From positions 430,436 through 494,435 of the forward strand of contig NMRA01000254.1 in NCBI GenBank assembly GCA_002633005.1: DNA of 64,000 nt, given 5' to 3'. The position numbers and the translations under genes were made by a program. Source of the stretch: Phoronis australis. Taxonomy: Eukaryota; Animalia; Phoronida. Positions 1 to 12,800 of this stretch are shown piece after piece; position 1 is the first letter of the stretch, and every line of letters begins with the position of its first letter. A model generated the notes under the pieces. The model saw only the letters and a program-made list of their open reading frames with translations, was not told the DNA's origin and made no database searches.

Positions 1-1237
1 TACAAACCGTAGATCGGATCGAAAAAGAAATTCAAGTCATTGCTCGTAAATTTGGAAAGATTGTCTTTGCATTTCCTTGATGCTTGTAGTTCCCAGTAGT
101 ATTGTGCAATGAATTTAGGTTCTTCTAAACCGAATCGTTTGCTTGACATTCCCGTGCATACTGCAGGGGCTGGACACGTCGTGACTCAGTGACGCACCCA
201 CGTTAAAAATAAGGTGTTCGCTGCCCGAGTAGAATCCGCGCACAGTGATTGACGGGAAAAGAACTTGAACTGCATGAGTTGAAGTGTGTGCATTTTTGGG
301 ACACGCGTTCCATAGCATTTTCCCCAGACGCCCGGCGGCAGAAGCTGGACCAGTGGCTGTGTTTCAACAATGAATTTTGATACAGCTCTATAGGCCAAGG
401 ATTTCGGGATCATATCTTTCAAAAAAATCTTTAGGAAATGACCGTATTAAAATAAACTTTTCCCGAAACTGGGTCAAACAAAACGACCTTGTAGCCAGAA
501 CACGGGTATAGGTTCGAGTTAAGCCGCAAGTCTCAAATGAATCATAGCAGAGCTGACCAGCGACTAGCATTAGTTCGTCGAATTGCGCATGCATGGATCG
601 GACTTCCCGGCGACCCGGAAGCCAAGACACCTGCCACCCGTGGCGGGAGCAGCTAATTTCTTGACTAACACCTGCTTCTTAAATCTGGATTTAAGCAAAA
701 TGACAAAGTCCACGCTTTTTATATGCAAGCGTATCCAAATACAATTAAATGTATTTTCATGTGAAACCATTCAATGTTCTTTGAACATTGACTTGTGTGA
801 GTTCTTAATTTTCTTAGATCTGCCCAATCAGGTAGAACTGCGTTGCAAGTCATTCGCTATAGGCACCGGAGGGTTCAAATTGGAAGTTCGCGTCGTATGA
901 CATCGTATGACGTCATATGACGTAGGAGATGCGAGCCTCATTTGCATATATAAGTGATATCTGTTGGTTCAAAAAAGAGGATAATGCCCGAGTACATGCC
1001 TGGGAAGAGGCATCTTTTTAAGGGTAAAACAAGTCATGTTCAAAGCATCCTAGTGCCATTAATATGCAGTCTTTGGGGACCAAAGTGGTGTCATTTTATA
1101 CCTAAAGAGTTAAGATTTCAAACACAATGCTTGGATTCCAGACGACTTTAACATTTACTTTTGAAATCACTTTTGAATATCCGTTAAAATGCGCTAAAAC
1201 AGTTGTCACTTTCTGGTTATCTCTTCCTGGTAACATG

Positions 1238-2470
1238 CAGTAGCATAGAAAATGCATTTGAAAACTGCACTCGTCAAATATTGTCACTCAGTCAGCAGGA
1301 GATGTTTGTATTCATTATAAATGACTTTTATTCGCCGTTATTATGGAGATAAGAAAGTACGTGAGCTAGTTTTTGAAATCAGGCACATTCTGTCTCTCAG
1401 TGTCGTGAAGGCAAAGAATTTTAGATCACGCATCCACGGGTATTTGTCCAGTTTATAAAACTATTCAGTCACGCCGGTGTTGCAGCCCTCAACACAACAC
1501 TTAATACTTCGTTAGCATAGGAAGAACAAATAGAGTAATGCAATCGAGAAAAACTTGTTAAGAATAAGACAACAACAAATAACATATGAAACTCCAGTGG
1601 CTCGAAAACGAGGCAGCAAATGTGCCTGACAAATGTTTACGGCATTGTGGGTAAATACAGCGAGATTCGAGTGTCGACGGCCCTTGCCATGAACCGCAAC
1701 TATATAGTACTAACTGTATGTTTTTAATTCTAGTAGTTACATGTATGTATGCTTCGACCGTACAGTTCATAGCAGAAAGCGATCGAGAAACAATAATAAA
1801 CTTCAAACGTGCATTATACTCAAATAAATAACCCCGGCATAAATGCTGAAGGTCACTGGAGTGATAGACTTATTCAGTTCTGACTGTGGCCGTTATTTTG
1901 AACACCGGAGACGATTTGTGTGCGTTAAAACATTGCCCTTCGTTATCCGTAGGATTCACAAAGGATTGTAGGTGACTACTCAAACATTAAACTAAGGCCG
2001 TAAGTTATTTTTAGAAATGCAATGCTTGAGAGAACGCTTGTTAGCTGTCCCGCCGGTTTTCGGATGTAGGCGTAGCTTCATAGAAAACTTTAAAAAGTTA
2101 CTCAGCTACTTTGAAATTTGAACACACATCTTAGCCGAGTACAGAGATTTTATCGTTTACTTCTCTCTGAGCCAGTTCTAAATGTCGTCTTGTCTTTTAC
2201 GCTGGCATTTTCCTCCGCGATAATTCTACGTTTCAAACACTCACTGACGCCTTGCCGTGCGAGGCTACCTAATTTTATAAGCACCTCCTCGTGATGGTCA
2301 CGTGACATAACAACTCATTTTTCTGACTCCGGCAAGTGTGCAAAAAAGCCTGAATTGGTCCAGTTTCATAAAATTTACGTAAAAAGTGGCATTTTTAGGG
2401 GGGAAGGGGCAAGGGGGCCATGGCCCCCCTAAAGTTCTCCCAGATTCAATTTGGCAGCTCGGGGGTGCAA
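1238..2470 (+). repeat. ~1.2-kb segment repeated in direct orientation at 61585-63418
   Basis: Colinear shared blocks from CAGTAGCATAGAA.ATGCATTTGAAAACTGCACTCGTC through GAAACTCCAGTGGCTCGAAAACGAGGCAGCAAATGT into the adjoining MITE. Confidence 0.9.
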
Positions 2471-2516
2471 TTGTCTGCCCTGGCCCCCCTAACTCAAAAT
2501 CCTGAATCAGCCCCTG
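2385..2516 (+). mobile_element. same ~150-bp MITE family
   Basis: AGTGGC...GGGGCCATGGCCCCCCTAAAGTTCTCCCAGATTCAATTTGGCAG...AAAATCCTGAATCAGCCCCTG. Confidence 0.65.
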
Positions 2517-3059
2517 CTTCGGAATAATGAACCTTCCGAGTCGTAAATAGTAGGATGTTCCCATTTCCAGCGATGTAAGCAACTTAAGTAACACGCTAAT
2601 GATACAACCAGATAAACAATTTTGGAAAGTCATTCGCCGACTAAACTTCATATTTCCGTCTGAGTATGCAATGAGGTGTAATCACTCATTGAAGCATGGC
2701 TGATTTGAAACTTTGGCAGCAGATAATGCGAGAATGTTCTCTTCCCCTAAATTAAGCTCAGCCAAAGGCCTTACCGAAATTTCTTCAATGTCGACGTTTG
2801 CAAAATACCAAATGTCCACCGTTCTTGAACTTCGAACCACAGTACCCCCCGCTCAATGCTGGCTACGAGCCTGAATAGAATATATGCATTTGGAAATAAA
2901 AAGTCGCCCCTGCATGGACCAAACCTCTGCATGCTACTGCCCCACCGCTGAAAATTTCTGTAAAGCACCTTTTGTTGCATACAGAATGTTGCTCGATATT
3001 ATCAGGAAGAGATAACCACTGGTTATCTCGGCTTCCTGATATTATGCAAATGGTTTCGA

Positions 3060-3990
3060 ACGGAACGGTTACCTGGCGGATAAATCTGGTCGAACTCAGA
3101 TATTTGATCGTGTGTGGCGGGGCTAATCCACAACTATAAACTAGTCTCGCAGCGTTTATTCATGATGCATGGGCTTACGTGCGGTTACCTCCTGTGTTGA
3201 TTTACCTCAAATTTTAGCCCTTTCTTTAGTCGTCTGGCAGGGACACCCAACCGCTGAAATTGTCAGGCATCTTATTGTTGAGCGATTTGTAGTGATGCTT
3301 CGCATCGTGCAGTTGGTTTCAAACGGTTACCTGGTGAGTTGATCTAGCTCAACTCAGGTATATGGGCGTCATTCGCAGTGTCTGGCGGGGCTTACCACCA
3401 AAGATTTGTCTGGCATTGTTTATTCGTGATACCTGGGCTACGGTAAATATTTTGGAACTGGTTTTCAGTGGTTACCTCTCAGGTTGATCTAGCTCAATTT
3501 TTTACCCTAATTGATAAACGTCTGGCAGGGGCATCCCACCACTGAAATTGTCTGGCATCCAATAATTGTGCCATGTACTCTTGCTGAACATCGTGCAACT
3601 GATTTCAAGGCAGTTACCTGGTGGGTTGATTTAGCTCAACTCAGGTATTTGGGCTTGTCTGGCGGGTCTAACCCACCACTAGATTTGTCTGGCAGTCAAC
3701 GGTTCATTCGTGAGTGGGCTTTCGGTGAACTTGAATGACTTTGCAACTGGTTTCACATGCTTACCTTGGATTGCTCTAGCTCAATTTTTTTACCTTCGTT
3801 GTTTATATACCCGTACCCACCACTGAACTTGTCTGGCAGCCAGTGACCAATTTTGATACAGTGGATTACGTAGTAGGTATCCAAGGCAGTTTGAAGTGGT
3901 CACCAGAAAAGTTGATCTAGCTCAGTTTAGTGTCGTTCTCCCCTGACCACACCCATCAGAGTCGCCGGCGAGCCTGTCAGACGACCGTGA
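3060..3990. repeat. degenerate tandem array, ~145-bp unit in alternating A/B subtypes
   Basis: GGTTACCT...GTTGATCTAGCTCAA...GTCTGGC-like blocks recur near 3067, 3183, 3325, 3470, 3612, 3760 and 3898. Confidence 0.75.
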
Positions 3991-6340
3991 CCATTTCCAA
4001 GCATCAGGATACCCGTGAGCACTGTGCCAACTTTGGTAACCTTTTCATGCCCAAATACGCTCTGCCGGGGATCCCGGTCTAATCGTACTGCAATGACGTA
4101 CGTATGACTATCGCGTAGTGGCCGGGGATTCATATTTCTCAGTAGTATTTTTCGCTGACTGTTCAATTGCATGAAAACACTGCGTTTTGCCGTCCCAGTG
4201 CCAGCGGCAGGGTTACTATACCCTACGCGGGGGGAAAGAATAGACTTCGGTTGTAGTTGGGCGAGTTTGGGGATTCAAAAACATTTGACGAGGAATTCAG
4301 AAATGCTTTTGGTTTATGTTCAAATATGTTACAACTTAGTTTTAATCAGAGAGAACAGTTATCGAACAAAAAAGAGCTGGCCCTCTAACCCATGCCAGAA
4401 TGGGGTTGTAAGATATTGGCTACAGGGATCATCTTGCCAACTTCAAGTTGTTGTTGGGCTATGGAATCGAGCAAGTTGGGAGCAACGGGAAAAGCGGCCG
4501 GAGCATAGCCTACCAATCAAAAAAAAAAAAAAAAAATCAAAAACCATTAAACGACCATCTCATGGCTGGTTTTAAAACTCATAGTTAGTATTAGCCGCCT
4601 TCGATTTTTTGTAGCGAATATGAGGTCAGTTTTTTCGGCTGAAGCCATGCACACCGTACTACTAGTGATCAGATGATCATTAGTCGCTTAGGCCGCGGGT
4701 AAGGAAACTCGCCAAACTTCAGTGTACAAGGTTTCATCCAGCTTCAGTGTTCAGGCTCCAATCAAAATTGGAACCATCCGGGATACAATGCATCATGGTG
4801 TGTTGTAAGGGTGTCATTTCTTCAAGGGGCCATCACACCCAGGCTTGCAAACTTATTAGTGAGCGTCACTGGCAAAAGTTGGCCATCAGTTCGTCTCACT
4901 GACGGGCCCGGGACTGCCGGGGCCTCATCAGCCTATAGCTTGCTTGTCTGAACCAATGAATGTTCAGCAAGACTTAATCGAAGAAACATCACTTCAAATT
5001 CGCTGTTCACTTCTTCCGTTAATCTTTATTCACATTCGTTACAGCATTTTTGTTCAAGGTTTATGACTAGAACCAGGAATTCCTGCTAGAACTCATCCGC
5101 GACGACGTTCAATTAAGTTTACCAGGTTACCGCCAGGATCGTTAGTGCGCACCCAAGCGGAAGTTGAGATTCGACCTTGATGGCAATGCCCAAAATAATT
5201 CTTTCCATCGACGCAATTTGGAGTCAAATCTGAAGACAAAGCATTTGTAAGTATGTATACAAACAAATAAACCTAAACGTTGTACTTAACGTTAATTTAG
5301 ACTTCCCCGTGTGAAAGGAATTGAGGAACACCTCTTGTCAAGCGACCACATTCAACTGTGAGTGAGTTATTTTATCGCAGGGCTCAGACAGAGTAGGCAA
5401 TTACATAGTCTATGATTACATGGCGGGGCTACGTGTTGCTTAGGCTCAAAGTAGCCGTGACTGGAGCACAGAAGCTAAATGTATTAATATTTTACAGCAC
5501 ACCTCTCACACTACGTTTATTATATGAGGCTGAAAATATTCAGATAAGCTCCAGTAGCTAGGACTAGGAGTGCGTTCTGAACATAAAACACCCTACTAGA
5601 GGGGGGCGGGGGTGGGGGGGGGGGGCGGTGGGCAGCTAGACAATGCCATCGTCATCATATCCCCTGGCGTGTGCAGAGTAAAAGTGACCAGTTGCCGATT
5701 TGGGAAAATGAACAAAGGACTACTCAAAAAAGCTTGGTTACAGAAGCATGTGTTCGAAGGAATTATTTTGGTCGGCCTTCTGTGGTGTCCCTGTGTGCGC
5801 AAAATGTACTTATAGCACCGTTACATTGATGGTTTAACCAGTGTGAGAGATAATTCGCTGAAAAGATTCTGGAGTATGAAGGCCCTATAGGAGCTTCACC
5901 GCTTCAACTGCTAAGTAGAGAAGGTGGCACTGTCTAGGAGAGAGCAAGTCGCGCAAAATCATGTCACTGAAAGTAAATTATTCCTTGTTGTCCTTCATTC
6001 CTTCACAACACCTGTCTGAGGCCAAGGTGGCATTGCAATGTCAATGTGTAACACCAGGATTTTCAGTTGGGATGCCACTACACATGCCTAATTTAAAACT
6101 TCCGACAATCAAGGGATCGGGAGAGACTGACACAGCATCACCATCTTCTACTGTGCCAGAATACTCATGAATGGATTGATTGCAATACATCATGGGTTTC
6201 AGTTGGATTTCAACAGGCATGCATGCATTAGGGTATGTTAAAAATCCACATTTTCCTATTCCCTGTGCCCTGTACTACACTATCAGTGTTGCAATCACTC
6301 ATCTTCACCACACTCCTTAATGCAGGTGTTTAATGAGTTA

Positions 6341-6595
6341 CCGTAAAAGTACTCCAATTTGGTACAGCTAGTGTAGACGCGGAAACACCTGGAAAATGAT
6401 TTTTCTCCCTTCTGGTATATGGGCGAGGGCGAATTTTGTATAATGTGTTAATTTTTTAATCTACGGAGTAGATAATTTTGCCGTCTTTCCAGTGATTCTT
6501 GAATTTGGGACGGCCAATATTGTCTAATTCTGAAATTTGGGACAAGCTCTGACCCTAAGCAAAAGAATTAATTTTTCACTGTCCCAGATTATCTA
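6341..6595. mobile_element. degenerate copy of the 38706-39002 MITE family
   Basis: TA|CCGTAAAAGTACTCCAATTTGGTACAG start; shared internal GATAATTTTGCC...TTCTTGAATTTGGG...GACAAGCTC. Confidence 0.55.
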
Positions 6596-9500
6596 GTTGA
6601 TGTTGAATTCAGCTCTTTGTTTGTACCATCTACCACAGGTCGCGTCAACAATATCAAGATATTTCAAACTCACAATTCTTCATTCCCCATCTCGCTTCCT
6701 TATTTTGAACATTTCAAATACGAAAAAGAAGTCACTCACAGCAAACCAATTCATCTTGATTCAAAATGTTTATGCTGGGATGTTGTTTGCATTGAGTCAA
6801 TAAGAAGCTGCGCTGGATTGTATTGATAATACCTTTGACTGGACCATATGAATAACGTATGTTGATCTAAGCTAACCTTACAAGCATAAACCAGATGGTT
6901 GTTGAATTCCTTGAATTCTTCCAGTGTTGTAGTGTGAAATCCACAATTGTGATTTTCTTCTCTTATGAACCTTTTCAGTGTACAGGCAGTTTTCATTTTT
7001 TGACTGCATCTCCCTGCATGAAAATCGTCGACCATTTTGTTTGAGGCCCTTGAGTCATGACCATTTTGTTCAAATGGGAATGCGTGGAATGTCACATGAC
7101 CACACAGAATTGAAACTTTATAGACTCGAAGAATATGCTATGTACAATAATTTTGCAAAATATAAAAATGCCTTTATGTATATGTCCACCTGATTGTATA
7201 TAACAAATGCTTTGAAATGGACAGCGCTCTGCGTAGCTCTTGCATTAAAAAAAGTCATTCTTTTTCTGCGATGAAGCCAATGAGAAAGTGGACTCATCAT
7301 CTCCCAACCAAATTTAAGTAACATTAGAAATCTCTTCACGTGCTAATCAGCTTATTAATGTAAGCTGCAGAAAACATTTTGTCTAATTATGAATAGGTTA
7401 ATTTACAAAGCAATGGTTAATTATGATTAATCTGTCCGTTGAAGGAAATAGGTATACTTGAAAACGTGCCTGACAAAGAACCTGTTGATCAGTAACAGGG
7501 TTCTCATGTTTGTAGCTGAGGTGTTTTGTGCAATGGATCCAACCATTAGGCATGCACCTGTCTAATGCACCACAAATAACATCACACCATCTGCACTCCT
7601 TTTTCAAATACCATTGCTAGTGTTTTTCATGTCACAGCACGTTTTTCAAAAGTAGTTGTATTAACAGTTATGTTCATGGCAGTTCCCTCAAACCCTCGAT
7701 TTTGGGGCCAAATATTGGCCCCATTCCCCTCCAAAAAGTAGTAAAAGATCACTGAAATCCATCCCGTGAGGCCCAAAAATTCCCCTCAAGTGATAGAAAA
7801 TTCCCTTTGAGGTTCAGAAAGCTGAGATACTTTCCCCTCGAATAAATGAGGACCTTGCATGCTGATGAAGTGAACTTTTGTTATAAAATTTCTCAATCAA
7901 ATCAAAGATTAAATGAATTGTTCTGTTATTAATATGTTTTGTTCTGTATAGATTTCATCAAACAACACTTTTGCAAAGCTTCCAGTATAAATTTACAGCA
8001 GTGTTCAATGATTGAAAAATCGCAGTGTCAACTTTCACAATAATTTGTGATTTTAATGACAGAACTCAAAAGTTGCATGAAAGTAAACACTGGAAATTAT
8101 AGGTTATAAAACTGTAATAATTTTTTTAAAGTCACATCTCGAAAATTAACATTAAATAAAATTTGATCAGAATATTGATACTGATGTTTTGTTATCAATG
8201 GTACTTACTTTTATGATGAAGTTTTTTAAAGGCATGATCATGTGACCCAATTATTGACACAATGGTGAACGTTCAAAATTAAATCAAATTCCCAGGCTTT
8301 CTTTTTCTGAGTTAAAGCTGTGAATATTTGAATTTGTAGCAAGCCCCACCTATTGACTGCCTGGAGAATTGTGTGTACAAGTATAACCAGGAAAAGAAAC
8401 AATTTGTAAATAAATTGCAGTTTTAAGGAAAACACCACAGCTGATACACTTAAAAGCAATTGTGAACATGAAACCCTTAGTAATTCCAAATATTATGCAT
8501 TCGATATTTGATAGTGAAATAAATAATAAAAACTGCCTTGTTTCATAAGGGTACCAATAAAAGTTTTCATACTCATTCACAATTCAAAACAGTCCCGCAA
8601 AATGAGACGTTCGCGACGTTAACGGCACACCAAAAGACCCAGGGTTGTTGGTAAACTGCTACTTCATTTGCATAGTCACAATTTAATGAGACATAGCATC
8701 TTTAAAATCTATCATTTTGTAGATATTTAGCTAACTAATGAACCTGAACTTGTTTTGATTTTGCTTTCAGGCAGTAAAGCAAAGAGATTGGGCTTTTAAA
8801 TTGAGTCTCTGTTTTATTTTCCACTTCATGGACACTTGGTCGATATCAGAATATTTTTATTTCTGTATGCAACGCTTCATACAACAGCTGATGAAATACC
8901 GATAGCAAGATGTTTAATGTGCAACCTGGAAAAATAAAAAAGCATCATTCAAATCTAGTATAATATTATAGGTAACGAATTTTGTCTAGCTGGCTGAAAT
9001 AAGTGACTGGTCCGCTAAAGATTAGCAAAACCGCACAGCCAATTACAGTGCAGACTTGAAGTGACCCTGCCTCTTTTCTCGCTTAAACACCTGTGGTCAT
9101 TCATCATCTAGTGGTTTTTCATGAGATTGAATGAAACATTTCTTTTTTACATGTGGAAGGATTTGAACAAGATATCTTGCCCCGGCTCTCAACGGTGCCC
9201 ATGTGATGACCGTTGTGGGAACCAAGCTGATATTTCCTAGCTGGTCGTTGCTTGTCTGGTCACTGACTCGTTGGCGACTGCTCAGACAAATGTCTTTGAC
9301 CCGTCCTTTGGAGGCAAAATCAGTGCATTTCGGTGTAGCATTGATATGAGCAAACTTTTTACCCTGATGTTTAAATTCATCTTATTGCCTGGATATCAGA
9401 CATTGTTTTTTTTAATATGCCAATACTGAAATGGCCTATCTCTTGAAAAGCTATTCTTATTTTTTGACGTAAGATAAAATCTCATTAATTTAGGAGACAA

Positions 9501-9783
9501 CATGATGGATGAATGAAATAATCGGATTTTTTCAAAAATGACATTTTGTTAGTTAATGTTTTAATTTCTCCAATTTCCGTACCATAGCAACCAACCAATA
9601 CTTTGAAATATTGTTGTCAGTAAAAATTTTAGGAGGACCTTGTAAAATGTAGACAGAAGAATTTTGGCCATTGGCTTCGTCCGAAATTGATAAGCTTTCA
9701 TTGTATTGTTATCAAGCTGATGTCAGTATTCCCTTGTTTTAGAACGCGTTTATCTTTCACTGGTGACCTTACCTGGATACACA

Positions 9784-9810
9784 ATGTCTGAGCCAAGCAG
9801 AAGTCATGAG
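9784..9810 (+). CDS. SLC4 coding exon 1 (MSEPSRSHE)
   Basis: acaATG, donor GAG|GTAAGT at 9811, upstream acceptor ttgttttAG at 9741-9742; phase 0 matches exon 2. Short and not recognisable by homology. Confidence 0.6.
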
Positions 9811-12800
9811 GTAAGTGGTCTCACAGAACTAGCATGGTAACTTGTTTACAGAAACAAGTCCAGTGAATTGCCAGACAGTTTTTTTAATGACTGATTGCAT
9901 CAGGGCTTGGCATTTTCTTCTTTCAAGAGGATTTCCTCTTTTTTGGCTTTGATTTCCTCTTACTGGTTTCTAGTTTCCTCTTTGTTCATCTTTTCATTAT
10001 CATGATTTTGACTTCATTTGTGCAAAAAAAAAAACGTTTATCGCAGAAAAATTTTACCACAAAAATGTATTTCTATCATATAAGCCTATTTATTTGTATC
10101 TAGCGATACATCACCTGGAATTTTTTCCTCTTTTTGTTATGGGTCATTCCAAGCCCCCTTGCATATTAAGTATCGCTCAAGTCTATGGCAAGAGAGATAG
10201 GGAACCCTTTGTCTGTGCACAAGTTTGTTATTTTGAATCACGGTACATACCAGGCTCATTGAGCAGGTGAAAGTATTCATTTGCTAATTTAGGATCTTAT
10301 AGTATTCGAAATGTCCATGTTTGTCTTAACAGCCCTGTGCAGATTATGCGTAGTTTCCTTTTTAACAACCGTGTTGAGTCTTCTCCCACAGCAATATTAT
10401 GCTGTTAGGACTTGTGTACTTTTCAAAGCACCCAATCTACATGTCTTTGTAATACCTGTCCACAGAAGAGGTTCGGCTCTTGGAACACACTCAGTTCGCA
10501 CAGCTTTCTCTTAAAATGAAGCCTTGCCTATAGTATGTGTCCTGCTGTTATTTGCTTCGACTTTCTCACTCAAATTGGCTGATTAAGTGATTAATGCAAC
10601 TCCTGGCTGATGACTTAGCCAGCATTAGTCACTTACAGGAGTCCTAGGTTTTGGGAACCAGTTCATTGTCTGTTGTTCTGTGAAGAAAACTGATTCTCAA
10701 AATGTGGTATCCCTGTAACTGACTTTTACAACTGAATTGGTTGTTCATGTGATTGGCACAATTCCTTACTGTTGGACTTGGTCAAGTGTTTTATAATTGC
10801 TCATTAATTTCTTACCTCTGTTTTTATTTTGTTATTTTGTAGTTAAAATGTTGAAAAATATTTACAAAGTAGCTATGGTGCTGAAAGCTGCTATCATGAT
10901 TGTTTTCAAATTTATTTTTTTAATTTTTATTGTAAAGCTTCTTTTGATATCAAATGTAGCATTCACGTAATTTTCATTGTCTTATTTCGCACGTTCCAGG
11001 GCTTCAAACAAGATGAGTCGCGTGTCACCATTGAAGCTCCGCCCAGCAATCTGAGGTCAAAGAGCAGTAGCTCAATGATTGACAGTCTTGATGAGGAGAT
11101 GAAAAAACTGTTCAGCTCTTCAGCTAAACTGGAGGACTTCATGTTGCCTAGCAACCAGAGTTGTAGGGATCTCGTGGACAGCGTTTCGCGACACCACATT
11201 GATGAAGACGACTATGAGAGTGAGCTGTGGATTTGCTTTGTGTTTTATGTTGTCGTTGTTGATGTCATTTCTGTCTCTGTATATTCTCAGTTTTTGACTG
11301 TTTGCTTCAATAGACATGGCCGGTTTCTTGACCAGTATAAAAAGGATTTTGTGAAATGGTTTTTAGGTTGAAGACGTCATTGTAGAGTCCTGCTACATAC
11401 AGTAAATCTTCACTGATTTACAGTAGCAAGTAATACGACTGAGGAGTGAAATTCTGTTTTGTCAAATATCTCCACAGAAAATAAAGGAAATTTTAGTCTA
11501 TTCTTTAATACATGGTTTGCACTGCATAGATATCATAAAACAGCTTTTTGTAATTTTTCCATCGTTTGCAATAAAGTAATCAGCATTATTTTGGAAAATT
11601 AATGTAAAAATGACCAATTTGGAAATTGTTTTGATGCAAAGTAAGCTGAAAATTACTGAGCATGTAGTAGGATCTGTTATTCCTTCTGGGATTGAGCTGG
11701 TCTCTCCTTTAGTGTTGATGTCCATGGTTTGTCCCCTTTTTCACGGCACGATGCTGTTGAATTGTGTGATGCCTTTTTGCTCTGATTCCAAATTTATATA
11801 TCACTGTGAAGCCTTAAGAGATACGAAGCTGTGACTTAAATATTAGGATTTTGCAAATTTTGAGAGAGTTTGTTGTAGTTAAGTCCCAAATCGCAGGTCG
11901 GAGTCAACCAAATGGAAGATTATCATAGTCGTTGACTTCTATAGGGATACGTCAGGGACTATATCTGTATGCTGCTCCCATGATGCATTGTGTTTTTCTC
12001 CATCAGGTCACCGTAAGGTCTCATTTCCCAACATCCATCATCCACTCCGCCCCATCAGGTCCAGCAAGTCTGTGCGCAGCCACCGGACACACTCACATGA
12101 CAAGGTGGCAAGGACAACGTCGTTACCGGAATCTCCTGGAGTGAGTTCAGTGCATGCCAAACTAATCAGACAAAATTACCCAGAATTCCCTGCCATGATG
12201 TCTGAGCATAAGAAAGTGTACCTGAAATGATCTGTCATTACGATTTATGACAGGGAAACGGAATTTTGTCTGATTACATTTAACATAATTACACAACTAA
12301 TCTGGGGAATCAGTAAGGCTAGTATCTCCCTTCGCAAGTTTGGTGAAACTGTGCCAGTTCAAACTTGTGTAATGCATCATCTTGACAGAATTTCGTCAGT
12401 TAGCCCACGACCTCACTTGCATGCTGTAGATTTCTAGAAACTTTGGCGATATATTTCTGTTAAAAATCAGCAAAATTTCAAAAGGAAATTTTATGGTAAA
12501 TATTCAAATGATTTAAAATTATGTTACTTGTCATTTAGATTCCATCTGAATTTTTGCCTTAACTATGGCAATGTCAAATGAATTGTGTTTGGAGATTTTG
12601 AATAATCGGAGAAAACTCCAAGTTTCCCTTGCATTCTTGTCAATGCAGGCCGTCTTGCGAATGGCTAATATTATTTAACATTCTCCAGGTGAGCAGGTTT
12701 TCAAATGGATTCTAACGCTGCCCTCTGGTGAATGTGTTTTGAATCCGCTTCCTGTCGCACATTTAAAGATCCTTGCGTTATTCTGGAAAATAGATTTATT

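Noticed and set aside
115-900. Overlapping short ORFs, one with RSFPKD reminiscent of THAP
   Set aside because: No consistent C2CH motif, splice structure or element boundaries could be assembled.
890-955. TGACGTCA palindrome, ATTTGCAT octamer and TATATAA close together
   Set aside because: No downstream gene or snRNA recognised; may be a transposon subterminal region or chance.
3060-3990. Repeat array with recurring motifs, superficially CRISPR-like (also 29.3-30.5 kb)
   Set aside because: Eukaryotic context, whole units are homologous with no unique spacers, no cas genes.
4171-4575. 134-aa ORF with poly-Lys
   Set aside because: Poly-Lys comes from an A-run; no recognisable domain or splice context.
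5601-5632. G-run able to form a G-quadruplex
   Set aside because: Simple low-complexity tract with no further support for function.
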